64,000 nucleotides of DNA from Lama guanicoe. Its lineage: Eukaryota. The position numbers and the translations under genes are program-made. The notes under the pieces were generated by a model. That model was not told the origin of the DNA. It searched no databases and was given only the letters and a program-made list of their open reading frames with translations. Shown here in pieces: positions 52,773 to 63,790 of the stretch (position 1 is its first letter; each line of letters opens with the position of its first letter). The DNA is taken from positions 2,604,001 through 2,668,000 of the forward strand of contig MU053758.1 of the NCBI GenBank assembly GCA_013239625.1, read 5' to 3'.

Positions 52773-55649
52773 ACCGCCAGCAGATTCTGCCCCAGAGAGT
52801 TACCTCTCTCTGGTTTCACAGCTTCTGTACACACAGACATCACGTGAGGGCACTGTGGAGACGTGTGTCGACATGTCCATGTCTCCCGCTAGACCAGCAG
52901 TTCTCAACTCAGACTGCACATTAGAAATATCTGGAGAGCTTTTGAAAAATACCAAAGCCTAGACCCCATCCACAGAGGGTCCAGGTAAGCCCAAGAGAGA
53001 TTAATTTTTAGAAGCTCCCCCAAGTGATTCCAACATGCAGACTAAGTGAACCACTGGGTTAACCCCTGCTATCGAAGACCTTTAGAACAGGTCTGAATCT
53101 TGAGCACAGTACTACTTATAACATGGGGCTCACAGGAAATCCTCACTGAATGAATGAGTGAATGAATGAATGAATGAATGGCAGAGAAGAACTTCTGCTC
53201 CAACCTCATCAACTCCCAGCCTGCACTGTGCCCCGTCCCCAGTGTGGGCCCTCCCTCCTCTCCGTTCTCCCTTCTCTACTGAGCCCTGCACTTTGCCGCC
53301 CTCCGTGAACCACATCCAAGGGCCGGCTGGGCTCTCCCAGGTGCGCAGACTTCCCACTTCTCGTGCAGCTGCTGTGCTAGACACCCCGGTCCCACTCTTT
53401 CCTGTAGCTGCCCTAGTCTGAGAAGGAGATAAATCTCTCCACTGACAGCCAGGCTCAACTCTTGTGCCCAGCCCAGCGTGACAGGAGAGCACTGGGAAGG
53501 TTCCATGTACTTTCTATTCCGCACTTAGCCTCAGTCCTGAAATGGACCCCCAGGTAAGCAGTGGGGGAGTGCCTGGCCTAACTAACAAGCAATCCACAGA
53601 CAAAATGTTCAGTTCTCCTGCCCAAGTGCAGGAAATGTGTCTCATCTGATTCCTTGGACTAAGGTGAGTCTGAGAAATGACCCTGTTGATGTCACCAGAA
53701 TGTTAGCGGTGAGGACATTCCCAGAGATGACACCACCCAGTATCCTACCATCTGATTCTAGCTTCCATCACACTTCTGAAACTGCTGGTTCAAAGATCAC
53801 CTGCAGGGCCAGCTTCAGGGGCATGGCACCTGTGCAGTCCTGCATTCACAAGGGCCCTGTACTTGGTTTCACCATCTGCTGCTGTTGCTGCCTTGCAATT
53901 CTTAACGGTTTTGAACCAAGGAGCCCACATTTTCATTTTGCACTGGGCCCTGCAGTTATGTCTGATCTTGGTCATTCACAGTCACTTACAAAATCCAGTA
54001 AGGTTTTCCTTCTCAGAAGGGAAATGACCTCCATCTCCTTTTGTGCAAATCTCTGTGACCCCGACTCTTCTGCCCACTTCCATGACATCAGTAGAACATG
54101 GTGTAATGAGGAGGCATGGCTGCAAAGGAGGGTCGGGATCAAGAGGCCCCAGGGGAGTAAGTCGTCCCCACCCTGCTTGGATCCCAGGCATGAGGGAGAG
54201 TGAAAGGTCCAACTTGATTCCAGCAAACAGACAACCTGAGTCAGCTACAATCCAGAACAGACCGTCTGCGGGAAAGCTTGGAGATGACCACGACAGACTT
54301 AGGAAACCTTGACGAACTCCTTCCAACTCCTGGAGGGGCCGTCTACCAACAGCACAGAGAACTGACTAGAATTGAGCCACAGTGCTCCCTGCCAGGCAAG
54401 CAGGTTGGGCACCCTGTAAGGAGCCAGGAGATGAGGTCCTCCAGAGACAGACAAGTGTTCCAAGGAAAAGGCCAAGGGAAGTTTCCTCACCACGGAAGAA
54501 GGTGCCACGGGGCACCGTAGAAGGGCAGAGGAGAGTTGGGCTGTGATGGAGCTAGGGGCAGTGGATGTGAGACGGGCCCACCCCAGTCCTGCCAAGCAGG
54601 GATCCTTCTGCTCAGCCAGGCTCTGGACAAAGGGCAGAGGTTCCAGGAGGCAGAGTCTCAGCCCCAACTGGGAGAGGAGGGATGGAGGATGGCAACGTCG
54701 AGGACTGGAAGGGAAGCCTGAGACAGGGAATGGAATTGGGGCCTGGTCTTCCCACAGCCGAGTTCATCAGGGTCCAGGATCTGCCCTCTCTTGGCATCAC
54801 CCGGCCAGGCCATGGCTCAGGTATCCGACACCTGGGGCCTGGAGTCACATGCCAGGAAACCCAACACTCTTGGGCCCCAACCCCCAACTTCCAGCAGCTA
54901 CGAGCAAGCAGGGCTGCTGGAGGAGGAAGCGGGTCTCCAGAGCCGAGCAGCAGGGAGGCTTCTTCCCGGGAGAGGGCAGCACAGGAGGAGGCTCTCCCAT
55001 CAACAGGGGTGAGAGGCTGGGAGGAGGAGGGAGAGGACAAGGGAGGAAGAAGGGGGCGAAGAGGACAAAGCTGGGGCAGGCAGAGAGGTGGACGGTCCCA
55101 GAAAAGGGTAGATGGGCATAGAAAGTGGGGTCTGAGCCACCCAGCCTAGCTGGATGCCGTGAAGTCCAGCTGCTGATCCGTCCTCCTCGTCTCCTTCACA
55201 TAGGTGCCAAGCAGGCCCTCTGGTGCCTACCTGGCCCACCTGGCAGCCACCCAGGTTGGTTGGCAGAAAAAGCCTTTATTCCAATGAAGGAAATCAATAC
55301 GTGGGCAGAAGCAGAAGCTTAGAAGCCCCCAGACCCAGAATGACCAACAAGGCCTTGGACCAAGAGACTTTGCAGAGTAGCCCTCCAGAAGCAAAGAGAT
55401 CCTAAGAGAGTCTCAGGCCCAGGGGGGCCTTTTACCCAGTAAGAAGCCTTAGACCCCAAAGAACCAAATTGTTGCCTAGTCCTGGAGAGCCCCCAGAGGA
55501 GAGGCCCCAGCCCAAAGAGAATCCCCAAGGGGACTTGAGGAGGAGAGAGCTGGCCATGGGGAGTGGAATTCTCTTGACTCACTCTTCTTTGATGGGGTTT
55601 TTCCTTCCCCAGATCCTACTCCACTCCAGGACTATGCCAATCTGTGGCC

Positions 55650-56414
55650 ATGCTCCCATCAGCCGGTCACCTCCTGTCCCTGCTGCTGGTGATAGGCACA
55701 GGGGGTGTGGTGCCCAGCCCCCGGGTAGCTCCCCAGGGCTGCTACGTGGCCGAGGAAGCAGGGGAGCGGACATTCCGCTGCAGCCAGGCAGGCCTGAGCA
55801 CCGTGCCCACTGGCATCCCCAACGACACCCGCAAGCTCTACCTGGATGCCAACCGGCTGGCATCGGTGCCGGCTGGTGCCTTCCAGCACCTGCCTGTCCT
55901 GGAGGAGCTGGACCTGTCCCATAATGTTCTTGCCCACCTCTCTGGTGCCGCTTTCCAGGGCCTGGCGGGCACACTGCGCCACCTCGACCTCTCTGCCAAC
56001 CAGCTGGCCTCGGTGCCCCTGGAGGCCTTCGTGGGGCTGCAGATCCAAGTGAACCTGTCCGCCAACCCGTGGCGCTGCGACTGTGCCCTCCAGGAGCTGC
56101 TCAGGCGGGTGAGGCTGGCACCAGGCACTGGGACGGGCATTGTGTGTGGCCCCGGAGCCCGACCAGACCTCGTGGGGCAGGAGTTCCTGGCACTAGCAGG
56201 GGAGGAAGAGCTGTGTGGGACGGGGCGGGGCGGGGCCCGGCGGAGCACTGATGTGGCCCTGCTGGTCACCATGGGGGGCTGGCTGGTGCTCGTGGTGGCT
56301 TATCTGGCCCACTACGTGTGGCAGAACCGGGAGGAGACCCGACGTCCCCTCAAGCGAGCACCCGTGCTGCCTGTGCGCTCTGAGGACTCCTCTACCCTCA
56401 GCACAGTGGTCTGA
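55650..56414 (+). CDS. LRRC3C: Leucine-rich repeat-containing protein 3C (signal peptide, LRRNT, LRRs, LRRCT, TM helix, C-terminal STVV), 254 aa
   Basis: Open frame MLPSAGHLLSLLLVIGTGG...FRCSQAGLSTVPTGIPNDTRKLYLDAN...LEELDLSHN...NPWRCDC...DVALLVTMGGWLVLVVAYLAHYV...STLSTVV*. Splice acceptor at 55611-55612. The ORF-track start at 55644 is GTG; the first in-frame ATG is 55650. Confidence 0.95.
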   Translation: MLPSAGHLLSLLLVIGTGGVVPSPRVAPQGCYVAEEAGERTFRCSQAGLSTVPTGIPNDTRKLYLDANRLASVPAGAFQHLPVLEELDLSHNVLAHLSGAAFQGLAGTLRHLDLSANQLASVPLEAFVGLQIQVNLSANPWRCDCALQELLRRVRLAPGTGTGIVCGPGARPDLVGQEFLALAGEEELCGTGRGGARRSTDVALLVTMGGWLVLVVAYLAHYVWQNREETRRPLKRAPVLPVRSEDSSTLSTVV

Positions 56415-57303
56415 TGACCAGGACCACTCCTCCGGCCCACGCCCCACACTCCTGCTTCTACGCCCTCCCGTCTCCTCCGAACCCCTCTGTCTCCTCTGCA
56501 GCCCTTTCCCATCCCCCAATTCCACCCCCTTCCTCCTCTGTCTCCCCTAAACACCTGATCTCTCTCTCAACCAACACCATCTTTGGTGCCTGAGGTTTTC
56601 AGTGCCTACTGTGGGACTGGATTGTGCTAGACACAGAGCTTCTAAGTCTAGGTAGCGGGGGGAGGGGGACAACAGAACAGAGAATGACAGTAGGTGGTAT
56701 GTGTGCCAACTCAGAGGTAGGAGCAGGCAGCTCAAGAGGCTGGCAGAAGTGATCTCAAAGGCTTCACCCACCAGATGGATGCTTGAACTGACTCTTCAAG
56801 AATGAGGAGGAGGGCTTTGGGCAGAAGAGGGACACCCTCAGCTGAAAGTCGGTGGACAAAGGCAAAGAAGATGTAAGGATTCTGAATGTCTAAGCAGTGG
56901 CAAGACCTACTTGGGGGCTAGAAGGTGCATAGAGGGGCGAGGGGCTGCTGGGACCAAGCTGGCAGTGAGGCCAGAAAGGACCCGGCCGGATCCTCCTCTC
57001 TTCTCCCTCTGCCTCTACTGAAAAGTTCCTGCATCCTCAGCGCTTCTCACCTCTCTCAGGGCCCTAGACTCCTCTTCCTGTACCTTCTATTGGGGTCCAC
57101 CTGGCTTAGCTTCCCTGCTTCCTTTTCCAGAGGTTCCCTATCTCTCTGTCCTTTATACACAGAAGGGCTTCCTGAACCCTTCCCCTTGGGAGAAAAGCAG
57201 TCTCTGCTCGGCCTGAGCTGGGGATGGGTCACTAGAGAGACGGAGGTGGGGGGCGGGAGGGAGCCAGGAGGTTTCCCATCCCCAGAACATCACTGGACAA
57301 TTG

Positions 57304-57309
57304 AATAAA
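57304..57309 (+). terminator. Possible LRRC3C polyadenylation signal
   Basis: AATAAA about 890 nt after the stop codon. Confidence 0.5.
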
Positions 57310-59161
57310 GTCCTTTCATTAATGCCCCGATCTCTCTTATTGTTCATTTCATTGAACACGTGTGGCCCCGCAGTGAGGAAAGGGAGGGTGCTGAGACTTT
57401 CACCACCACCTACACCACCCCTTTGGTGGGGGTTGCCTCCAATGGTCTGGGTGCCAACTCCTCTCTCCCCTCCTACCTCCCAGCTCCTGACACCAGAGTC
57501 TATCTGCCAGGGGTGCCAGGGGTTATGCATTAGTGATGTTGCAACTGGAAGGATGTGGGGTGGGAGGGGACCTGGAGGGAGGACAACCAGGGTAGAGGGA
57601 AGGAGGGCAAAGCCCTGGCATCAGCACAGAAAGCAAAGGGAGAGAGAGCCATGACTCTCTTAACAACCCGTCTCTCCTCTCAGCGGAAGTCTGAGCAGGG
57701 AGTAGGGAGGAACTAGATGTGCTCAAAGTTAACCAAAAGAATTCCTGAGCAGAGGGGGAGGGCAGAGTTGGCTGAGGGAGGGGGCCATATGAGATATCAC
57801 CAACTAGGCTTCTCGAGAGGCCCAAAAGGGCCAACACACCCTGTACCTTGCCCCTAGGAGGGTGACTCACTCATGTGGCTTCCATGGAGGGAACAGCCAC
57901 TTTGGGGAAACTCGTAGGAGCCCCAGTAAAAACTGAAGATAAGAACCATAGAATCAGGGTGCCACCCAGCTTGTGGCAGAGCCTGGGGCAGACTGGTAGG
58001 ACACTTAAGGAACAGCAAAGAGGAATCCATTACCTCCCCTGGTCCTTCTAACCCATTCTGACTTCCCTGTCTCCCTTCCAGCCCCTCCCCTCCTTGCTCG
58101 ATCCCTGAGGCTCCTCCCACCACTCCAAGGCTGAGCTTCCTCGTTATCATCCAGGAAACCTCAATTTGATGATCTCAGAAAAACCTAGGGCCCTCCCCCA
58201 TTTTCTTTTCTCAGGAGACATGGGCCTCCCTCTCCATTTCCAGAGATGCTTAGGGATGGGGGAAAGAACTTGGATGTGGAAAGTTTGTACCTTTGTACAA
58301 ACTTTGTACCTGTACCTTTGACCATCCACCCCAGCCACATCCTGATCTGGCCCTTGGAATCCTGGCCCCATCCCTATCAAACCCTCCATCAGTCCTTCCC
58401 CTGCCACTCAGAATCTGCCCTAGTCTGCTCAGCCACCCTCTTCTGGAATCAAGCTGGGACACATCTCACTGGGTTCTGGGAAGTAGACTGTGGAGACCTG
58501 TAGCAGAGGGGAGGGTGAAGGGCAGGTGGGGCCCTGTGTCCCTATCTTTGGTGCCCATTCCTGGAGCCTCGTTCGACTCCCTGTCATCCTGAGCAGCAGA
58601 GACAGCTTCTTTAAGTTCTGCAAAGAGCCAGTTCCCCTGCTCTGACCCCTAACCTCAATTCTCAGAGGTGAGTTCAGATGGGAAAGGATCCAGGGAGAGA
58701 AGTTTTGCCTGGAGCCCAGGTCAGGGAGAGGTCCTGGAATTCTGGAGAAGAAACATTCCAACAGTTATCCCCACGGCCCCATTCTGGCTCAAATTCCCTT
58801 CCCTCTCAGAGCTAGGACAGGAGGGCAAGGAGAGGGAGGACAATTGGGGCAGAAGATGGGGGGTTGTGGGGGTGACAGGGAGATGCTTCACTGGCTCCCT
58901 TCCCCAGGGAAAGACCCCTTCATCTGAGCCAGTTGGGAACTTGTTGGGAGGGGGTATCAGAAGCTGTAGCTTCAGCTTAGCCCATCACAGGAGACTGGAC
59001 AAAATGGGGCCTCCCCAGACTCAGAGAGGCTCCTGCTAGGACAACCATCACTGAGTACTTAAGCCCTTCTCTCAGCTCCCTGGTCTCTTGGTTGTGTTTG
59101 TCCGCTGGGCAGGCAGGAAGGAGTGGCATAACTGGTTTCACCTCATCCTTATCTCTGCCAG

Positions 59162-59344
59162 GGACCAGGGATCACAGGATCAGTGTTCCGAAACACCAAC
59201 AGGGCGCTGGCAAGACAGCTGGACTGCCTCATTTTTGCAGTCTGCTTCTGGCCCTTCTGCCTGGTCCAGAGGAAAGGGGGATCCACTATGTCAAGACCAA
59301 CCTCTCCCACCTGGATGAGCCGGAGCCAGGAATAAAGCGGCCGG
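59162..59344 (+). pseudogene. Gasdermin-like pseudogene, first coding exon remnant
   Basis: Acceptor at 59160-59161. Reads (T)GSVFRNTNRALARQL-DCLIFAVCFWPFCLVQRKG, frameshift, IHYVKTNLSHLDEPEPGIKRP, then phase-1 GT. Compare GSDMA MFENVTRALARQL...LDSLIDFKRFHPFCLVLRKRK...RYVRTDYTLLDVLEPG. No ATG at the expected start (ACA at 59174). Confidence 0.85.
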
Positions 59345-60519
59345 GTACCAAGGGAGCTCAGCCACATGCCTGGTCCAGCTCGGAAGCAAAAACCTAGGAA
59401 GGCAGGCCCCAGCTTGTCATCTCCAGGCAGCACCCTGGAGCCAGCGGGCAGTGGGTGGGGGTGGGAGGAGAGGAGAGCCCCTCACTCAGCCCTTCTGCCA
59501 CCAGCTTCTTCCTGCCCTCTGGAGGGAAGCTGGAGTGGTAGAGAAAGCAGATGCTGCCCTCCCTCAGGGAGCCCCAGTCTGAGGAGAGATGTGACCCTAA
59601 GTCTCAGGGAATCCCCAGACTAATGGAAGAAATAGAGTCCTTTCTCTTTGGGGAGCTCTGAACCTGGTGAGATCAAGACATCCCTCAGACAAAGACTGAA
59701 GCACCTCCAAAGCCTGGTTCTCCACCAAAGGAAATAAAGAAAGAACAAACTGAACACACAGGAGCTGAGGGAGGCAGTTAAGAGAGGCAGGTGGGGCCCA
59801 GCCCCCACCCTTCCTGTGCTGGGCTCACGTGCAGACATTGCAAGTGCCACGTGAATGAGGGGAGGGCAGCATCAAAACCGGAAGAACCCAGGCAGCTCCT
59901 TCCAAGCACTTCCCCCATTAGACTATGAGGAGTTCCAATTGGAAACAGTTTCCCCTTGTCTCTCTGGGACTCTGTCATCAGCAACGTCACCTGCCTGTGA
60001 GGAATGAGTTCCCAAACCAGGAAGGCAGAACACAAAGCAGACAGAGCAAGGCGTCTGAGCTGTCAAAACAGATCCCACCACTAGCCCATGCATTCAACAA
60101 ACATTATTGAATTACTACTGTGTGCCAGGACCTGCAGATACAAAGATAAAGAAGTTGTGGAGCCCATCCTCGGGGACCTGACAGTTAGTGTATCAATGAT
60201 GGCGGCCCAGAGGACAGAGGCGTGCACCGGGGCCATGTGAGCCTAGTAGGGGCATCTAAAGCAAACACTCACTAAGGTTCAGGTACTTGGTTCACAGGAG
60301 CACTTAGAACCCATTTATTTTACCCATTTTTTAAAATCTTATTTTACACTGAGTTCCAATAATTTTGTATCTCTGGTTTCCCACATACAACAGGTTAGAA
60401 GCAGTATATGTGAAGATATACAGACACACAGACAGAACAACAGCAGTGAGAAACAACAGCCTGGCAGCAGGGAGGGCCATTATTAAAAGAATTTATAAGA
60501 ACTCAAAAAAGCAGGTGTT

Positions 60520-60625
60520 GCGGTGTGTAGCTCAGTGGTAGAACGCATGCTTGGCATGCACAAGGTCCTGGGTTCAATCCCCAGTGCCTTCGTTAAAGGG
60601 GTAAAATAAAATAAAATATTTAAAA
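60520..60625 (+). mobile_element. tRNA-derived SINE inside an intron of the gasdermin-like pseudogene
   Basis: gcggtgtgtagctcagtggtagaacgcatgcttggcatgcacaaggtcctgggttcaatccccagtgcc plus an A-rich tail; aactcaaaaaagca occurs on both sides (about 60500 and 60650). Confidence 0.8.
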
Positions 60626-61396
60626 AACCAAATCACTGTTAAAAAGAAAAACTCAAAAAAGCAACACAGTAGGGCATCTTACTGTCTTCTAAATGGCCCT
60701 GTGGGGACAAATGATTCTCCTCACCTCCAGAGGGCCAATGGACATTGGCAAAATGCATAATACTAATGTCATGGACTTTTGACTTACCTGTAAAAAGAGG
60801 TCAAATCTTGGACTGTCCACTCTCAGGGACAGGAAGCAGGTGATGCATTTGAGAAAGTTTCCCTCCAATCAGGGCAGAAGTTAACGATGAGGAAAGACGG
60901 TGGAGAAAAGGCTCATTCCACCCGGCCTGCCTCCTGACTCCTTCCTCCCACGGCACCGAGGTCTGGCCTGCGTCGAGTAGTCCCGTCTCTCTTGCACACA
61001 ACAGCCCTCTGGACGGGTGAAGATGGCTCTGGAGTCTCCAGCACAAGTCAGCACATCATGGTCTTTCTCTGTTCTTGTCTCTCTGTCCCTGTTTAATGTC
61101 CCACAAATACCACCGCACCCACGCACTTGCCTCAGGTCCCTGGAATCCAGTTTATCTCCATCTGGTCACAATACTCATTTCTGCACTTAGGACAATTACT
61201 ATCCTCCTCTTTCAGAACATTCAAATAAAAAAACAGACCTCAAGTCTGCATATTAAAACTAATGTCTGAGGTCAGCCTTCAATTCTCATTCATTTAGGGA
61301 GTCACAGGCAATTTATCATGCAGAGTCAAACCATCAAGGATGGTTCCCACAAGGGATGTGTGGGAACAAGCACAGGGCATTGTGTCTGCCCTAAAG

Positions 61397-61535
61397 AACT
61401 GGGAAAAGATTCCGAGATCACCCAGGCTGCAGCCGTAGAGCTCCTGGTGAATATCTCCATCACAGTCAGCAGCCAATGTCATCCTGGACATCCAAAACCT
61501 CAGCACTGCAGATGATCTGGAAAACCTAAGAAGAG
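61397..61535 (+). pseudogene. Gasdermin-like pseudogene, second coding exon remnant
   Basis: ...AAVELLVNISIT, frameshift, SQSAANVILDIQNLSTADDLENL..., ending AG|GTGAG at 61535. Compare GSDMA SQNSTLEVQTLSVAPKALETVQER. The 5' boundary is uncertain. Confidence 0.65.
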
Positions 61536-61861
61536 GTGAGCTGCAGAGTGGGGTGGGGAGGCAGGTTGAGGACTCCAGGCCAGCCAAGGGGGCTGGAACT
61601 AAGAGACATGCCCTGACCTAGAGTCGCACAGGCTGTCAGAGCTGGCAGGGATCTTCATTTTACAAAAGAGCCCAGAGAGGGATGGTGAGTTGTCCAAGGT
61701 CACACAGGGAGTCAGGGAAAAAACAGGACTAGAACCCACAGACCCCCTGTCCTTTTGAGACACACACACACACTCCTCTTCCAAGGGAATGGGTTGGGGG
61801 AGGGGTAGATGGAGACGATGGTGGACTCGGAGATGCAACCAAGGGAGCTGGACACAGGCAG

Positions 61862-62048
61862 GAAGAGAGCCCCACCCACTCAGAGCCAGCTCCACCCCAC
61901 CCAGCTGAAGAAGCTTCAGGAGCATGGGGAGAACCTATCCGTACATGGTGACCGAGGCTGTGAAGATGCCGAAGGAAGCCACCCTGGAGGTAGGGAGCAA
62001 GATTGCAGGAGCCATTCCATCTCCCTTCTGACTGCTGCTGGGTTCAAA
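61862..62048 (+). pseudogene. Gasdermin-like pseudogene, third coding exon remnant
   Basis: HPTQLKKLQEHGENL, 4-nt insertion tccg at 61938-61941, YMVTEAVKMPKEATLEVGSKIAGAIPSPF*LLLG. Compare GSDMA HPFLKEMQDQGENLYVVMEVVETVQEVTLERAGKAEACFSLPFFAPLG. TGA at 62029-62031; donor GTCAGG at 62049. Confidence 0.85.
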
Positions 62049-62885
62049 GTCAGGAATCTCCAAGATGATTTCTCTGCTCTGCCCCCCATCCATATACACA
62101 CTCCTTCCCTCCCACAGCCCCTGAGTCTCCCCTGAGTCCTTGCCTGTCATTAAGGCACCCTAACATCCTTCTCTCCCATCCATGCCTGCCTCTCATCCAG
62201 TTCCCCTAACAATGGCCTCCCACCTTTTACAGTACCACTCTTCTCTTTTTAAGGACTTTTGCATCTCATATCTCACATGAATCCTGTGAGGTAGGTGACG
62301 CTGCTACAGCAAACCCCTTCTCATGTGTTTGGGTAACTACCTCAGAAAGCCCAGTGACTCACCAGCTACTCGGTGGTGAATCTGTGAGCAAAACCCAGGC
62401 TTTGAGACTCCAGCCGGTGCTTTCCCCTCACAGCTCCACTCCCTGCCAGAGTTCTTGCCCCCTCTGCCAAGTTCCCCTGTCTTCACATCTCTCCCATCCC
62501 CTCACCACCACCACCTGCCCCAAGCAGAAGTCACCGAGAGGAACAGCCAGAGTGAGCCAGGTGGAAGCCAAGTGGAACTTGAAGGAGAGGAGGGGAGGCA
62601 GACGGCCTAGGGTCGGTCCCCCTGCCTCGGGGCTGAAATCTGGGAGATCAGGGTGTTCTATTCCTCTTTAGGGTCTGTTCCCAAAACCAGCTGGTGACCT
62701 ATAGCCCCTCCACAGGTTTCTCCCAACCCCTTCAGTGTGGCTCCCTAGTGCCTGCACCTCCCACCACTCCTCCCCGCTCAGAGACCACCCTATGTAGGCC
62801 TATGTGGTGAGGGGAGCCAGCCAGAACAGGCCAGGAGAAGTCAGGGAATCAGTGACAGCCAGTGCTCCATTTCTGACCCCCACAG

Positions 62886-62933
62886 ACATCCTCCCACTCA
62901 AAGACCAGAATCTAAAAATGTCCCCCTCTGAAG
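62886..62933 (+). pseudogene. Gasdermin-like pseudogene, 48-nt linker exon
   Basis: ccccacAG|acatc...tctgaag|GTGAG, phase 1-1, encodes DILPLKDQNLKMSPSE. Compare the GSDMA linker exon DIPHICNDNMQTFPPG. Confidence 0.75.
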
Positions 62934-63599
62934 GTGAGAGAAGCTAAAGGACTCTTCTCCCTCCCACCCCATAATGTGATGAGGACAGTCGGACAAAGTC
63001 TTAGAAGGTGAGGACACAAAGACACCACTCCCCCGCCTTCTCCAGCAAAGGAAAGAAACCAGCCCACTGAGGAACACAAGCCTGGAGCCCTTTCTCAAAA
63101 CCATGACAGGATGGTGGGTGGGATGCAGAGGGGTCTCTCTGACTTTGACATGACGTAGTGATGCTGGGGATCCCAGCCACAGGTTTGGTTTCTTGGGCTT
63201 TTAAGTACATCCTCCCCCTGCCCCCAGTCTCCACCACACTCTTCTAGGTGGGATGAGGCTGGACCCACCCAGGGCTGCACCACGGGGCAGGCGGACGCTT
63301 CTTCCCTAGGGGCTCTCTGCCCTCCATCTCCGTCTATCACAGTCACCCTCGGTCCCTTTCGCGTCTGCAACATCCTCAACCCCATTGAAAAATACTGTTA
63401 GGAGCTGAGTTCCCCTGTCACTCCACACCAGCCCCTGCCCTGATCCTCTTTCCCTGGAGAGGGGTACTTGAGGGAGGCACAGGACACCAAGGCCCAGAAG
63501 GAGGACTCTGTGCCTGGGGTGGGGGGCCCTCTGGGTGAAGTTATGTGGAGGCAGGAGGAGCAGGGTATGGTCCTCGTTACCACAGTCCTCTACGCAAAG

Positions 63600-63790
63600 C
63601 TCTGTCTGGGCCTGAGCCGGTCCGCTGGGAGCCCACAGGGTTTCGGGAGCTGCAGGCTGAGGTAGAGGAGGAGCTGCTGTAGCTTAAGGGCCTGACCCGG
63701 AACAGCGGACAGCGGGGCTGAGAGAAGGATTGGCACGACTGGGCCAGGCCCTGAGGCCCAGGAGCTGTGGGACGTAGCAGGGGCGGGGCT
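63600..63790 (+). pseudogene. Gasdermin-like pseudogene, first C-terminal-domain exon remnant
   Basis: Acceptor at 63598-63599 in phase 1. Reads ALSGPEPVRWEPTGFRELQAEVEEELL*LKGLTR..., later QELWDVA in a shifted frame. Compare GSDMA EDFGTLKEEVQRETQQVEKLSR...KELQDLE and GSDMD DFQGLRAEVE. TAG at 63680-63682. Confidence 0.75.

Larger units (their letters stand above)
59162..63790 (+). pseudogene. Decayed, intron-containing gasdermin (GSDMA-like) pseudogene, probably continuing beyond the window
   Basis: At least five collinear gasdermin-like exon remnants (59162-59344, about 61397-61535, about 61862-62048, 62886-62933, 63600-about 63790) in the expected order, several with recognisable splice sites, and carrying multiple frameshifts and stops. 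Confidence 0.85.

Noticed and set aside
53637..55149. ORFs of 150-190 aa upstream of LRRC3C
   Set aside because: No recognisable domain, overlapping frames of similar length on both strands, and they partly cover repeat-like sequence.
60520..60592. tRNA-Ala-like sequence (tagctcagtggtaga...ggttcaatcccc)
   Set aside because: It has an A-rich tail, flanking direct repeats and several diverged copies in the window, so it is a tRNA-derived SINE and not a tRNA gene.
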